Origin: an uncultured delta proteobacterium
Lineage (GTDB): Bacteria; Desulfobacterota; Desulfuromonadia; Desulfuromonadales; BM103
Length of the DNA: 64,000 bases
Direction: 5' to 3'
Assembly: GCA_963715335.1 (NCBI GenBank)
Contig: CAVQRZ010000019.1
Span: 1 to 64,000 of the forward strand
The notes below the pieces were generated by a model. It did no database searches, had not been told where the DNA came from, and saw only the letters and a list, made by a program, of their open reading frames with translations. Within the stretch, counting starts at the first letter, position 1. Every line of letters starts with the position of its first letter. Below, piece by piece: positions 49,579 through 59,945 of the stretch. Made by a program: the position numbers and the translations under genes.

Positions 49579-51195
49579 TTAAAGTGCCTCAGACAACCTC
49601 GTTTCAATCAATAAGACTTCTTCATCACGGCGACGTTGATCCCAACCCAGTTCCTCTGCCATGATTTCCAGTACCCTCGGTGCCGCCCGCCGTGCTGCTT
49701 TGGTATCCAGCAAGGCCAATGGCGTGCGCCGAGCGAGAACATCGATCACCCGTTCAGCCAGTTCATGGCGAACAGCATAAACAACTTCCGCTTCCAGAAG
49801 CGGGTGATTTTTGACAAGCCTTATGCCTTGCCCTGATTCTGCTAACTCCGCAACCCGTTCCGCCTGGTCACCGTAGGTTCGATTCAGGTAGGCAGCAATG
49901 TCGGCCGCGAAGCCATATCTTTTGCTCAGTTCGAGATCGCCTTTCTCGTTATAGTCGGCACTTCCGATAATCGGTAGCTGCTCGGTCTGACAGGTCGGTC
50001 TCGGTGCTGACAAGCTGAAGCACTTTAAAGCGTGATCTACGGTATCAAGAGCCATTTTCCGATACGTGGTCCATTTGCCGCCGGCAATTGTCAGTAAGCC
50101 GCTGTCACTCTCCTCAATCACATGATCGCGGGCCAGCTTGGCAGTGTCGGCGGCAGTGGGGTCGGACACCAGCGGTCTCAGTCCTGACCAGGCGGCCTTG
50201 ATATCTGATTTTTTGACCTTCAGGTTAAAGTAACGGGTGACGTGACGCAGCAGGTAGTCAATCTCAGTTTCAAGCGGCCGGGGGTGATCGGTCACCTCTG
50301 CAGGTTCGTCAGTCGTGCCGACCAAGGCATGACCTTCCCAGGGCAGGACAAATAGAACCCGGCCATCTTCGGTTTTTGGAATCATCAGACCCGTATCGGG
50401 TGGAGCGAAGCGTTTATCCAGCACGAGGTGAATTCCGGTGCTGGCAGAAAGAATTTTTGCTGCTGCGGGGTTGTCCATCATTCTTATTTGATCGACAAAT
50501 GGGCCGGTGGCATTGATTACGCCCTTGGCCTTTAACGGCCAGGATTCCCCGGTCAAAGAATCGGTCAGCGCCGCTCCGGTAATTTTCATGCTCTCTTTGC
50601 ATAACCCGGAAACGGCAACATGATTGGCAATTGTCGCCCCATGCTGTTCTGCCGTTAACGCCAGGGACAAGGCCATGCGGGCATCGTGGAACTGGCCATC
50701 GTAGTAGAGCACTCCGGCCTTGAGCCCTTCGGCTTTCAACTTTGGGAAGCGCCGCAAGGCCTCCCTGCGGCTCAACAGGCGGCTGTGGCCGATATTCTGC
50801 TTTCCGGAGAGGAGGTCGTAGAGTTTGAGGCCCGAAAAAACATAAGGCACGTCGAGCCATTTGTAGAGCGGCGTGATCAGGGGCAACCGGTTGGACAGGT
50901 GCTGTGCGTTTTTTAGCAGGAGGCCACGTTCGCGAAGGCCATCCTTGACCAGGTGGTACTGCACCCGGTCCAGTTTTTTTACGGCCATCTCCAGGTAGCG
51001 GACACCGCCGTGAACCAACTTGGTGCTGCGACTGCTGGTGCCTTCGGAAAAGTCGTTTTTCTCAACCAGCGCAACGTCCAGGCCACGGCTTGCCGCGTCA
51101 AGAGCGACCCCGCAGCCCGTCGCGCCACCACCGATGACGAGCAGGTCAAACGTGCGGCCATCTTTCAATTGCTGTAAGCGTTGATGCCTTGCCAT
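49579..51195 (-). CDS. glpD: FAD-dependent glycerol-3-phosphate dehydrogenase
   Basis: GGGATG, GTSSRSTKLVHGGVRYL, NATGP, GTTD, WSGLRPL, GGKWTTYR. Confidence 0.92.
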   Translation of the reverse strand: MARHQRLQQLKDGRTFDLLVIGGGATGCGVALDAASRGLDVALVEKNDFSEGTSSRSTKLVHGGVRYLEMAVKKLDRVQYHLVKDGLRERGLLLKNAQHLSNRLPLITPLYKWLDVPYVFSGLKLYDLLSGKQNIGHSRLLSRREALRRFPKLKAEGLKAGVLYYDGQFHDARMALSLALTAEQHGATIANHVAVSGLCKESMKITGAALTDSLTGESWPLKAKGVINATGPFVDQIRMMDNPAAAKILSASTGIHLVLDKRFAPPDTGLMIPKTEDGRVLFVLPWEGHALVGTTDEPAEVTDHPRPLETEIDYLLRHVTRYFNLKVKKSDIKAAWSGLRPLVSDPTAADTAKLARDHVIEESDSGLLTIAGGKWTTYRKMALDTVDHALKCFSLSAPRPTCQTEQLPIIGSADYNEKGDLELSKRYGFAADIAAYLNRTYGDQAERVAELAESGQGIRLVKNHPLLEAEVVYAVRHELAERVIDVLARRTPLALLDTKAARRAAPRVLEIMAEELGWDQRRRDEEVLLIETRLSEAL

Positions 51196-51454
51196 GCTTG
51201 CCTCCCCACGGCAGAGATCCCTGCGGTCAACCGATATCCTCATATGCAAGATTGCAAAAACTTTACCCCGGTTTGCAAGTAACGTTTAAGGCCCTCTGAC
51301 GCCCAAAGCTCCTGCCGTTGGCACCCTTGGCTTGCTGTCCCCGCGACAATCCTTGTGCGATCTGAGAATCTCCGGGACACTGCTTGCAGCGGGGTCTCCG
51401 GGGTCTCGTGAATTCAACCGGGCAGTTTTTCAAAAACAGATTCTGAATCCCCGC

Positions 51455-52753
51455 TTATATGTCGCGGCCCGGTCGCCAGGCGGCAATGACCTTTTCGACA
51501 GCCTTGCGGTCAGGTGTGCGATAAGGGCCGACGATCGCCCCGCGCAGGTTGTTCGGCGTCAGAAGTTCTCTGATGGTTTGCTGTAGTCCCGAGGCCGTTG
51601 CCTTGTCGATGCCGGCGTGATCGTCGGCAATGGTGCGGCGGCAGTCGGCGAGTTCGCCCCATGCATAGCGCAGGGCCATTTCATCGACCTGGTCGCGTGA
51701 GTAATCAAGTTCACAGCGGTAACAGTTGAGGACGTGATCAAGTTCATCCTGAGTGACTTCAGTGGTGTGCAGTTCCGTCAGGATGTCGAGGATGGCTATG
51801 GTTGCCTGTTCCAGATTCTCCTGGGACACGGCGAGGTCAATCGCCAGTATACCGGCATCGGCATAGAGCCCGAGTGAGGCATCAACGGCATAGGTCAGCC
51901 CCAACTCCTCGCGCAGACGCAGCATCAGGCGGCTCATTCCTCCCCAACCGAGCACCCGCCTCAAGATCCGCAGGTTGACAGCATGCTCGCTGTTACGACC
52001 AGGCAGCAGGAAGGCTAGTTGTACGCTGATTTGAGAGCCGGCGTCACGGACCCAGCGCAGGGACGTGCCTGCGTCTGCGAGGCTGGCCCATGCCTTTGGT
52101 TGTGGAGCGGCGGCCCCCTGCCAGCGGCCAAAGTGCTGCTGTGCCGCGGCAACGACCTGCCGGTGCTCGACCGGGCCAGCCACGGCCAACACCGCATTGT
52201 GTGGAGTGTAGTAGGCAGCATGATGACGCTGCAGTTGTCGAAGGGTCAGTCGTGCTATCGCAGCCCGATTGCCGACCGTTGGCTGGCCGAGAGGATGCCC
52301 CGGAAAAAGCAGACCGGCAATGATGTTGTCAGAGTTGATCTGACGGCCGGTCTCGTTGAGATCGCCCATCGCCTCCTCGAGAATCACCCGGCGCTCCATC
52401 TCCAAATCGTTGAACAGAGGCCGCTGCATCATCGAGGCGAAAATGGCAATCCCCCGGTCGATATGCTCAGGATGGATGCGGGAGTGGAAGCAGGTGGTTT
52501 CGCAGTCGGTCGCGGCGTTGGCTGAACCGCCGATTGCTTCAAAGGCGCGCTCCAGGGCCAGTCCGGTGGGATACTCCTGCGTCCCTTTGAAGAGCATATG
52601 CTCGAGAAAGTGTGATACCCCTGCCTTGCGCTGATTCTCGTGGCGGCTGCCGACACCGATATAGATCAGGATCTCGGTGCTGTGATGATGGGGCATCGGC
52701 ACGCTGATGACGCGCAGGCCGTTCGAGAGGGTGTCGCGGAGGTATTCAGTCAT
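51455..52753 (-). CDS. M16 family zinc peptidase
   Basis: LSNGLRV, GSRHE, HFLEH inverted zincin, LREELGLTY. Confidence 0.9.
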   Translation of the reverse strand: MTEYLRDTLSNGLRVISVPMPHHHSTEILIYIGVGSRHENQRKAGVSHFLEHMLFKGTQEYPTGLALERAFEAIGGSANAATDCETTCFHSRIHPEHIDRGIAIFASMMQRPLFNDLEMERRVILEEAMGDLNETGRQINSDNIIAGLLFPGHPLGQPTVGNRAAIARLTLRQLQRHHAAYYTPHNAVLAVAGPVEHRQVVAAAQQHFGRWQGAAAPQPKAWASLADAGTSLRWVRDAGSQISVQLAFLLPGRNSEHAVNLRILRRVLGWGGMSRLMLRLREELGLTYAVDASLGLYADAGILAIDLAVSQENLEQATIAILDILTELHTTEVTQDELDHVLNCYRCELDYSRDQVDEMALRYAWGELADCRRTIADDHAGIDKATASGLQQTIRELLTPNNLRGAIVGPYRTPDRKAVEKVIAAWRPGRDI

Positions 52754-52759
52754 AGGATC

Positions 52760-52824
52760 GAGGTGCGAGGCGTGAAGCGCGAGGGGCGATAAAGTCAGGA
52801 GACGTTTATCGCCCCTCGCTTTTT
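52760..52824. repeat. Heptamer repeats merging into a 15-bp hairpin
   Basis: GAGGTGC GAGGCGT GAAGCGC GAGGGGC; stem GCGAGGGGCGATAAA / TTTATCGCCCCTCGC. Confidence 0.7.
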
Positions 52825-52832
52825 CGCATCTC

Positions 52833-53804
52833 CTACTTTAGCAGCCTGGCGGCTTCCTTGGCGTGGTAGGTAATGATCAGGTCAGCGCCGGCACGTTTCA
52901 TGCCGACCAGGGTTTCCATCATCACGCGGTCGCCGTCGATCCAGTCTTTTGCCGCGGCGGCCTTGATCATCGAATATTCACCGGACACATTGTAGGCGAC
53001 CAGCGGCAGGTTATAGCGTTCCTTGAGGTCGCGCAGGATGTCCAGGTAAGCCAGAGCCGGTTTGACCATCAGAAAGTCAGCACACTCCTGGATGTCGAGT
53101 TCTGCCTCGCGGAAGGCCTCGATGCGGTTGGCCGGATCCATCTGATAGCTGCGACGATCGCCGAACTGCGGTGTCGATTCAGCGGCATCGCGAAACGGAC
53201 CGTAGTAGGCGCTGGCGTATTTTACCGCGTAGCTCATGACCGGGATGTGCGAGAAGCCGTTGGCGTCCAGAACTTCACGGATCGCTGCAACACGGCCGTC
53301 CATCATGTCCGACGGTGCGACGATGTCGGCACCGGCGCGGGCGTGCGAGAGCGCTTCGGCCGCAAGCAGTTTGAGGGTCTCATCGTTGTCGACATCGCCA
53401 TCCTTGATCACACCGCAATGGCCATGGTCAGTGTATTCGCACATGCAGACATCAGTGATCACCAGCAGTTTCGGCACCTCGGCCTTGATGGCGCGGATCG
53501 TTTCCTGGATGATGCCGTTTTCCGCGTAGGCATCCTGGCCAAAAGCGTCCTTCTCTTCGGGGATGCCGAACAGGATCACTGCCGGGATGCCAAGCTGATA
53601 AACTTCTCTGGCCTCGGTAACGATGTGTTCAATCGACTGCTGGTAAATCCCCGGCATCGACACGATCTCTTTCCGGATATTCTCACCGAAGGCTGAAAAC
53701 ATCGGATAGATCAGGTCTTCGGGACGCAGGAAGGTTTCACGGACCATACTGCGCAGAGCTTCATTGCGGCGCAGGCGGCGGGCACGGTATTCGGGGAAGA
53801 ACAT
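52833..53804 (-). CDS. hemB: Porphobilinogen synthase
   Basis: [45 protein letters not shown]. Confidence 0.96.
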   Translation of the reverse strand: MFFPEYRARRLRRNEALRSMVRETFLRPEDLIYPMFSAFGENIRKEIVSMPGIYQQSIEHIVTEAREVYQLGIPAVILFGIPEEKDAFGQDAYAENGIIQETIRAIKAEVPKLLVITDVCMCEYTDHGHCGVIKDGDVDNDETLKLLAAEALSHARAGADIVAPSDMMDGRVAAIREVLDANGFSHIPVMSYAVKYASAYYGPFRDAAESTPQFGDRRSYQMDPANRIEAFREAELDIQECADFLMVKPALAYLDILRDLKERYNLPLVAYNVSGEYSMIKAAAAKDWIDGDRVMMETLVGMKRAGADLIITYHAKEAARLLK

Positions 53805-53825
53805 TTTCAAACCTCCGGTTTGTCA

Positions 53826-53857
53826 GAGGCGCGTGGCGCGTGGCGCGAGGCGCGTGG
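53826..53857. repeat. Heptamer tandem repeat (GWGGCGC) x4.5
   Basis: GAGGCGC GTGGCGC GTGGCGC GAGGCGC GTGG between hemD and hemB. Confidence 0.8.
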
Positions 53858-53874
53858 AAAAGCAGAAGATATGG

Positions 53875-54675
53875 CTACTGCGCGAAGTGACGGACGATGG
53901 CTTTAACCATATCATCAAGTGTCGAGTTGTCAGGCTCAATGACGACGTTGAAGCCGTGCTTTTTCGCTGTTGCCGTTGTCAGGGGGCCGATCGATGCGAC
54001 CGGAACCTGCCTGGCTAAAGCCAAACTGTCTGCATCAAGCAGGCCGGTAAAATTATCGACCGTGGATGATGCGGTGAACGTCAGCAGGTCAAGCCCTTCG
54101 GCAAGCGCCTGGCTGAGTTTGTCCTGCGCGTCTGCCGGTGGGGCGCTGGCATAAGCGATCGGGGCAATGACTTCGGCGCCGGCTTTAGCCAGTTCTGCAG
54201 GGATCAGTTCCCGGGCCAATGCCGCCCTGGGGTAGAGCACCCGTTTGCCGGAAACCCGTTCTTTGAGCAAGGCGACAAGTCCTTCTGCACGATAATCGTC
54301 GGGAACCAGGTCAGCTTGAAAGCCATACGCCAACAAGGCCTCGGCGCTTTTCGGGCCGACGGCAACGATTTGTACCTTGTCCAGATGCGCGGTGTCATGC
54401 CCCAGTGTCGTCAGGCGATTGAAAAAAAACTCCACCGCGTTGACGGAGGTGAGTACCAGGTAGTCGATTTCACCGAGACCGGTGATGGCCTGGTCGAGCT
54501 CTGCATACGACGCCGGTGCGATGATCTGAATCGTCGGTACCACAACCGGCTCGGCTCCGCAGGCTGCCAGAGCGTCACGCAAAGCCGGGGCCTGGTCTGA
54601 TGCGCGGGTAACCAGAATCCTGCGGCCATGCAGTGGCCGGGGCCCTGGTGTCTGGCCTTTCACTGGTTCTGTCAT
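53875..54675 (-). CDS. hemD: Uroporphyrinogen-III synthase (stand-alone)
   Basis: ILVTRA, LTSVNAV, AVGPKSA, FTASSTV, SIGPLT. Confidence 0.9.
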   Translation of the reverse strand: MTEPVKGQTPGPRPLHGRRILVTRASDQAPALRDALAACGAEPVVVPTIQIIAPASYAELDQAITGLGEIDYLVLTSVNAVEFFFNRLTTLGHDTAHLDKVQIVAVGPKSAEALLAYGFQADLVPDDYRAEGLVALLKERVSGKRVLYPRAALARELIPAELAKAGAEVIAPIAYASAPPADAQDKLSQALAEGLDLLTFTASSTVDNFTGLLDADSLALARQVPVASIGPLTTATAKKHGFNVVIEPDNSTLDDMVKAIVRHFAQ

Positions 54676-54745
54676 GCGGGACCGTGAAGGGTTAGATGGA
54701 AAACATGAAAATAGGCTTTCGCTCTTTCCTTGCCACAGTTCACAA

Positions 54746-55708
54746 TCAAACGTCTTCCTTGCCGACGTTGAACGTTTCGTGCTGGTAGACTTCGTTGAGG
54801 ATCTTGCCGGCGCCCAGGATAAGCAGGTCATCGCCAAGCGAAGCGCCGATTTTTTCCGCGTCGTGAACGGATCCGGTAGAAGTTTTTTTCAGGCAGCGGA
54901 CGCCTTCGCAGTCGGAGACGAAACCGGTCAGTGACAGGGCCTCGTTTTCAACCGTGCCGTGGCAGGCAATCGGCACCTGGCAGCCGCCTTCGAGGCGCTT
55001 GAGGAAGGCGCGTTCAGCGCGGACCGCCCAATCTGTCTGAGGGTGGTTGAAAAAATCTATCAGGCTGTTGATCTCGTCATCGTCGATGCGGCTCTCGATG
55101 CCGAGGGCGCCCTGGCCGATCGCCGGGATCGAAACATAGACCGGGAGGTATTCACTGATCTGCTTGGTAAAGCCGAGGCGATGCATGCCGGCGGCAGCAA
55201 GGATCACTGCGTCAAGATTGTCTTCGGTCAGTTTGCGAATCCGGGTTTCAACATTGCCGCGGATATCGACCATCTGCAGGTCGGGGCGCAGGTGTAGAAG
55301 CTGGGCCTTGCGGCGCAGGGCACTGGTACCGATGCGTGCTCCCTGGTGGAGGTTCTTCCAGGAGCTGACGCCGGGGCGCAGGATGACAATGTCGCGACAG
55401 TCTTCACGCTTGGTGATGCAGCGCAGCGCCAGACCCTCGGGAAAGATGGTTGGTACGTCTTTCATCGAATGCACGGCGATATCGATCTCGCCACGCAACA
55501 TAGCCTCTTCGATTTCCTTGACGAAAAGGCCCTTGCCGCCAACCATGGCCAACGGAACATCCAGGATCTTGTCCCCCTGGGTCTTGATCTTGGTCAGGGT
55601 GACCTCCATGCCAGGGTAGCGTTTTTCCAGCTCCGATTTGACCCAGTTGGCTTGCCACAGGGCTAATTGGCTGGCACGGGTGCCGATACGCAGTAGCTTC
55701 TTGGACAT
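54746..55708 (-). CDS. hemC: Hydroxymethylbilane synthase
   Basis: IGTRASQLALWQ, GKGLFVKE, AVHSMKD, RGNVETR, GGCQVP. Confidence 0.96.
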   Translation of the reverse strand: MSKKLLRIGTRASQLALWQANWVKSELEKRYPGMEVTLTKIKTQGDKILDVPLAMVGGKGLFVKEIEEAMLRGEIDIAVHSMKDVPTIFPEGLALRCITKREDCRDIVILRPGVSSWKNLHQGARIGTSALRRKAQLLHLRPDLQMVDIRGNVETRIRKLTEDNLDAVILAAAGMHRLGFTKQISEYLPVYVSIPAIGQGALGIESRIDDDEINSLIDFFNHPQTDWAVRAERAFLKRLEGGCQVPIACHGTVENEALSLTGFVSDCEGVRCLKKTSTGSVHDAEKIGASLGDDLLILGAGKILNEVYQHETFNVGKEDV

Positions 55709-55719
55709 CTATGAACTCC

Positions 55720-57039
55720 TTATTGTTCCTGGCCGGGGTCATCCAGGGTTTTGATTTCCTTGTCATCGTCCGCCGGGACGGGCAGGTCAAAGAGAGTCCG
55801 AACGGCATCTACGTAGTCATCACCGCTGGTGTCGTTCTGACTCGATTTTAGGACGCTTGTCGGCTGATGCAGGATCTTGTTGATAATGGCATTGGCCATT
55901 GCCTCGATGCTCTTGCGGTCCTTGTCGGACAGATTCTTCAGATTGCCGAAGGTCTTGTCCAGTTCCTGCTGACGGATCTCCTCGAATTTGCGCCGCAGGG
56001 CAATGATTGTGGGCTTGACTTCGAGGTTTGCCAGCCACTGGTGGAATTGACCTATCTCCTGATCGACAATCGCCTCGGCCTTGCCGGCCTCTTTCTTGCG
56101 CTCTTTCAGGTTGGCCTGGACCACCCCCTGAAGATCATCGACATCATAGAGGTAGGCGTTGTCAAGGTTGTTGACCTTCGGATCGATATCGCGGGGGACG
56201 GCGATGTCGATCAAAAACATCGGCCGGTTCTTGCGGCGCTTCAGGACTTCTTCCATCTGGCGCTGGCCGAGAATAAAGTTCGGGGCACCGGTGGAGGTCA
56301 GGACGATGTCGGCTTCGGCCAGGTGCTCGACAAAATATTCAAAGGGTACGGCCTTGCCATGAAATTCGGCGGCCAGTTTCTCCGCTCGTTCGAAAGTCCG
56401 ATTGGTGACCAGGACCTTGGAGACGCCATTGGTGACGAAGTGGCGTGCCGCCAGTTCACACATTTCACCGGCGCCGATGATCATGACCACCTTGTTGTCA
56501 AGTTGGTCAAAAATCTTGCGTGCCAGTTCAACCGCTGCGAAAGAAACCGAGACGGCATTGCTGGCAATGGCGGTTTCGGTGCGGACGCGTTTTGCAACGG
56601 AGAAGGCCTTGTGCAGGAAGCGGTTGAGGATCAGGCCTGCGGTCTTGAATTCGGCGGCGTAGCCGTAGGCGGTTTTGATCTGACCGAGAATCTGCGGTTC
56701 GCCGAGAACCATCGAGTCGAGACTTGAGGCAACCCGGAAGAGGTGCCTGATGGCATCCTCACCCTGGTAATCGTACATGTGCTCGTCTATCTCGCCGGGC
56801 GGTATCTCGTGATACTCGGCAAGGAACCGGCGCATGGCGGCCATGGCCGCGTCGGGCTCCTTGGTCGCGGCGCAAAGCTCGACCCGGTTGCAGGTCGATA
56901 CGATCAAGCCTTCGGCAACAGGGGGCAGTTCCAGCAGCTTCCGCAGCGGTCGCTCCATGGCGGTCGGTGCGAAGGCGAGTCGTTCACGAATTTCAACCGG
57001 CGCTGTTTTGTGGCTCAGCCCGACGATGACAATGTGCAT
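55720..57039 (-). CDS. hemA: Glutamyl-tRNA reductase
   Basis: [47 protein letters not shown]. Confidence 0.96.
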   Translation of the reverse strand: MHIVIVGLSHKTAPVEIRERLAFAPTAMERPLRKLLELPPVAEGLIVSTCNRVELCAATKEPDAAMAAMRRFLAEYHEIPPGEIDEHMYDYQGEDAIRHLFRVASSLDSMVLGEPQILGQIKTAYGYAAEFKTAGLILNRFLHKAFSVAKRVRTETAIASNAVSVSFAAVELARKIFDQLDNKVVMIIGAGEMCELAARHFVTNGVSKVLVTNRTFERAEKLAAEFHGKAVPFEYFVEHLAEADIVLTSTGAPNFILGQRQMEEVLKRRKNRPMFLIDIAVPRDIDPKVNNLDNAYLYDVDDLQGVVQANLKERKKEAGKAEAIVDQEIGQFHQWLANLEVKPTIIALRRKFEEIRQQELDKTFGNLKNLSDKDRKSIEAMANAIINKILHQPTSVLKSSQNDTSGDDYVDAVRTLFDLPVPADDDKEIKTLDDPGQEQ

Positions 57040-57060
57040 GGCGTGCTCCTTTTCTCTCCG

Positions 57061-57897
57061 CTACTGCCCCGTAAAGTTACGGAAACTGTGCTCTCCGGAG
57101 AGGAGCAGGTTGACGCCAAAGAAGGTGAAGAGGAGGAAGCCGAAGCCGACGATGGCAAAGATCGCCGCACGCCGACCGCGCCAGCCGACTGTAAGCCTGC
57201 CATGCAGCAACGCGGCATAGAGAAACCAGCTGATCAATGCCCAGGTTTCCTTCGGGTCCCATCGCCAGTAACCGCCCCAGGCTGAATTGGCCCAGATCGC
57301 ACCGGAGATAATCCCCATGGTCATCATCGGGAAGCCAAAGGTCAGGCATTTGTAGTTAATACTGTCAAGGGTGTCGAGAGAAGGCAGGCGATAGAAGAGC
57401 CCGGAGAACTTTTTGCTTTTCAGCATGCGTTCCTGCAACAGGTACATGACTCCGGCTGCCGCGGCAATGGCGAAGATTGCGTGCCCGAGGAAGGCCAGGG
57501 TGACATGTACGGGAAACCACCAGCTGTCGAGCATCGGGTTGATTGCAGGGGCCTGTGCAGAAGTTGTCGTGCCGATAATCATCAGGACCAGCGCCACAGG
57601 AGTTATAAATGCCCCGAGCATTGCGGTACGATAGCGCAGGTAGAAGATCAGGTAGCTGCCGACCAGTGCCCAGGCGAAAAACGATAGTGATTCATGAAGA
57701 CTGGCAACGGGGATGGTCCCGGTGGAGATGCCACGAACGGCCAGAGTGAGGCAATGCAGGATAAAACCGCCTATCAGCAGGTAGACGGCGTTCTGACGGA
57801 AGCGCTCCTTGCGTGAAATCACGCCGATCAGGTAGAAGATGGTGGCGACGAAATAGATCAGAAGAGTGATTTTAAACAGCAGGATATTTACTGTCAT
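57061..57897 (-). CDS. ccsB: Cytochrome c biogenesis protein (system II ResC/CcsA-type)
   Basis: WWD motif GAIWANSAWGGYWRWDPKETW; conserved His residues; about 8 TM. Confidence 0.92.
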   Translation of the reverse strand: MTVNILLFKITLLIYFVATIFYLIGVISRKERFRQNAVYLLIGGFILHCLTLAVRGISTGTIPVASLHESLSFFAWALVGSYLIFYLRYRTAMLGAFITPVALVLMIIGTTTSAQAPAINPMLDSWWFPVHVTLAFLGHAIFAIAAAAGVMYLLQERMLKSKKFSGLFYRLPSLDTLDSINYKCLTFGFPMMTMGIISGAIWANSAWGGYWRWDPKETWALISWFLYAALLHGRLTVGWRGRRAAIFAIVGFGFLLFTFFGVNLLLSGEHSFRNFTGQ

Positions 57898-58233
57898 GAT
57901 GAAACATCTCGCAGTGTCAGGCCCAAACCTTCGGGGGGAATAACTTCGTCGTGAGTCAGGGCCAGCATAATATTGATAAACGCGTCCGGGCAGCGACTAC
58001 AATTCAATCGGATCTGTTTCGATAATCTCATCCAAAACTTTTTAATAGTACGTTTTTTCCAGCTTCCCTGTCAATTCTCTTGTCCGCAATCCATCCGGAA
58101 TCTCCGCGGGTCTGGACCTTTTCGGTCCGGAGTTGCCCGTCGGTTTATGCCACAGTGGTCTCGAGCGTGACTGAACAGCGGAGGGACACGGTCGGTCAGC
58201 TCAAAGCGGGCAAGGACGTCTCTTCCGATAACC

Positions 58234-58809
58234 TCAGATGCCGAAGAGCTCGCCTTCGACCAACGTGCAGAGCAGGTTGCCGATGAACAGGACATTCTCC
58301 TGCAGTCGTGGTAGCGAGTCACTGGGCAGTGAGAGGTTGATGTCCGGCAGGCTGTCAGCCAGTTCTACCTGTTCGCTGGCAATCAGGATTGTACGGCAGC
58401 CAAGCTGCCTGGCTGTACCGAGTGCCTCGCGATCTGCCGGGCTGAGATGGGTCCCCGCAAGGGTCAGGACTGTATCCTGGTTACAGGCCAGGGCACGCAG
58501 TTGACGGCTGAAAAGCTGGTTGCCCTGTTCGTCTCCGGCAAGAAAGGTCGCCAGGCCGGCGTCATTGGTCAGGGCAATTGCCGGCAGGGCCGGCCGTTCC
58601 AGGGTCTGCCGGTGAAGAAAGGACTGGCCAATCAGCCCGGCGATTGAACCGAACGGACCGCTGCCGACCAGAAACAGCCTGCCGCCCTGGTGAAAGGTCG
58701 ACACCAGGTGGTCAGCCAAAGTCTTCAGAACTGCTCTCTGGGTGAGGAGAAAAGGATCGAGCAGGGCGATGTGCTGAGCTACGGCGGTACTGATTTTATC
58801 CTGAGCCAT
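58234..58809 (-). CDS. Degenerate SIS-domain protein (GmhA/DiaA-like)
   Basis: ERPALPAIALT, FSRQLRAL, PRLQE, LVEGELFG; start at MAQDK. Confidence 0.78.
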   Translation of the reverse strand: MAQDKISTAVAQHIALLDPFLLTQRAVLKTLADHLVSTFHQGGRLFLVGSGPFGSIAGLIGQSFLHRQTLERPALPAIALTNDAGLATFLAGDEQGNQLFSRQLRALACNQDTVLTLAGTHLSPADREALGTARQLGCRTILIASEQVELADSLPDINLSLPSDSLPRLQENVLFIGNLLCTLVEGELFGI

Positions 58810-59050
58810 ACTTGCCTCGCGATTTCCTGTCCCAACAAATTCATGGTGGCAGGGCGGCCCGGTCACCTCCTGTCGGTCAAGAACTCATTCAGGAATTTGA
58901 TTTGGCTCATCTTAGGGAGAGGTGTCATAACTGTCAAGGGTTGCAATTTTCCGTGTTGCCGGAAGGATAATCCCTTGATTTTTTGTGCGGGTGGACTATT
59001 ATAAAAGTCGAATGTATTCGGCAGGATCAAATTGTTAAGGAGAGTGTCTT

Positions 59051-59380
59051 ATGGCAAGTGATAAAGTCGTCCAGGTGACGGATGATTCTTTTGAGAGTGA
59101 AGTCAACCAATCCTCAATTCCCGTGCTTGTTGATTTCTGGGCGTCGTGGTGTGCTCCGTGCAAGGCGATCAGCCCGATCGTCGACCAGCTGGCAGACGAA
59201 TTCGATGGGCAGGTCAAAATCTGCAAGTTGAATGTGGATGAAAACCCTGCGACACCAGGCCAGTTCGGCGTGCGCGGCATCCCGACCCTGATTGTTTTCA
59301 AGGACGGCAAGGTCTTCGACCAGGTGGTCGGCGCGGTACCGAAAAACCAGTTGGAAGGGTTATTGAAGAAGGCGCTGTAA
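59051..59380 (+). CDS. trxA: Thioredoxin
   Basis: VLVDFWASWCAPC, GVRGIPTL. Confidence 0.95.
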   Translation: MASDKVVQVTDDSFESEVNQSSIPVLVDFWASWCAPCKAISPIVDQLADEFDGQVKICKLNVDENPATPGQFGVRGIPTLIVFKDGKVFDQVVGAVPKNQLEGLLKKAL

Positions 59381-59400
59381 ACAGGCCATCTTTAGAGATT

Positions 59401-59434
59401 AAAAAAGGTCCGGCAATTTTGCCGGGCCTTTTTT
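59401..59434. terminator. Bidirectional intrinsic terminator
   Basis: AAAAAAGGTCCGGCAA-TT-TTGCCGGGCCTTTTTT between convergent genes. Confidence 0.85.
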
Positions 59435-59444
59435 GTTCGTCACG

Positions 59445-59945
59445 TCACGGGGCATCTGCCGGGATTCCCGCGAGAATCCCTCTGATTTCGTCGCGGTCCC
59501 GTTTACTGAGAGGGCTGTTTTGTAACTCTTTCAGCATATCCTTTTTCTCTGCATTGATGATTGCCATATCCTTCATGGCCTTGCGTTTGTTCGCCAGGAA
59601 GTTTTCACGTCTGCGCCGCGACAGGGCGTCGTCGTAGCTATTGACCAGCGCTGTGGCCCGCTCCACCCATGATTCAGGCGGAGTCCCGGTCGCTGCCTCG
59701 CGCTCAGCCTCCCGGTCAGCTGCAATAGATTGGTCCGGGGGCGATCTGCGTGGGGTGTCCTGCTGGACCGAAAGGTATTCTGTTGCCGAATCTTCCTTCA
59801 TGGGCTGGCATGCGTCCGACAAGTTCACAGGCTTGTCACCATAAATGATGCGACCGTCCGCGAGCACACAACGATACACTTCGGCACCGGCCGTTGACTG
59901 TATTGCCAATAACAGTACGAGGCTTATCCAGGCCTTGCTGCTCAT
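59445..59945 (-). CDS. DUF4124-like secreted protein
   Basis: Signal peptide; AEVYRCVLADGRIIYGDKP. Confidence 0.75.
   Translation of the reverse strand: MSSKAWISLVLLLAIQSTAGAEVYRCVLADGRIIYGDKPVNLSDACQPMKEDSATEYLSVQQDTPRRSPPDQSIAADREAEREAATGTPPESWVERATALVNSYDDALSRRRRENFLANKRKAMKDMAIINAEKKDMLKELQNSPLSKRDRDEIRGILAGIPADAP

Noticed and set aside
51290..51330. CAGGAGCTTT(T)GGG shared between the glpD upstream region (-) and about 13669-13682 (+)
   Set aside because: Short match with no flanking similarity; likely chance
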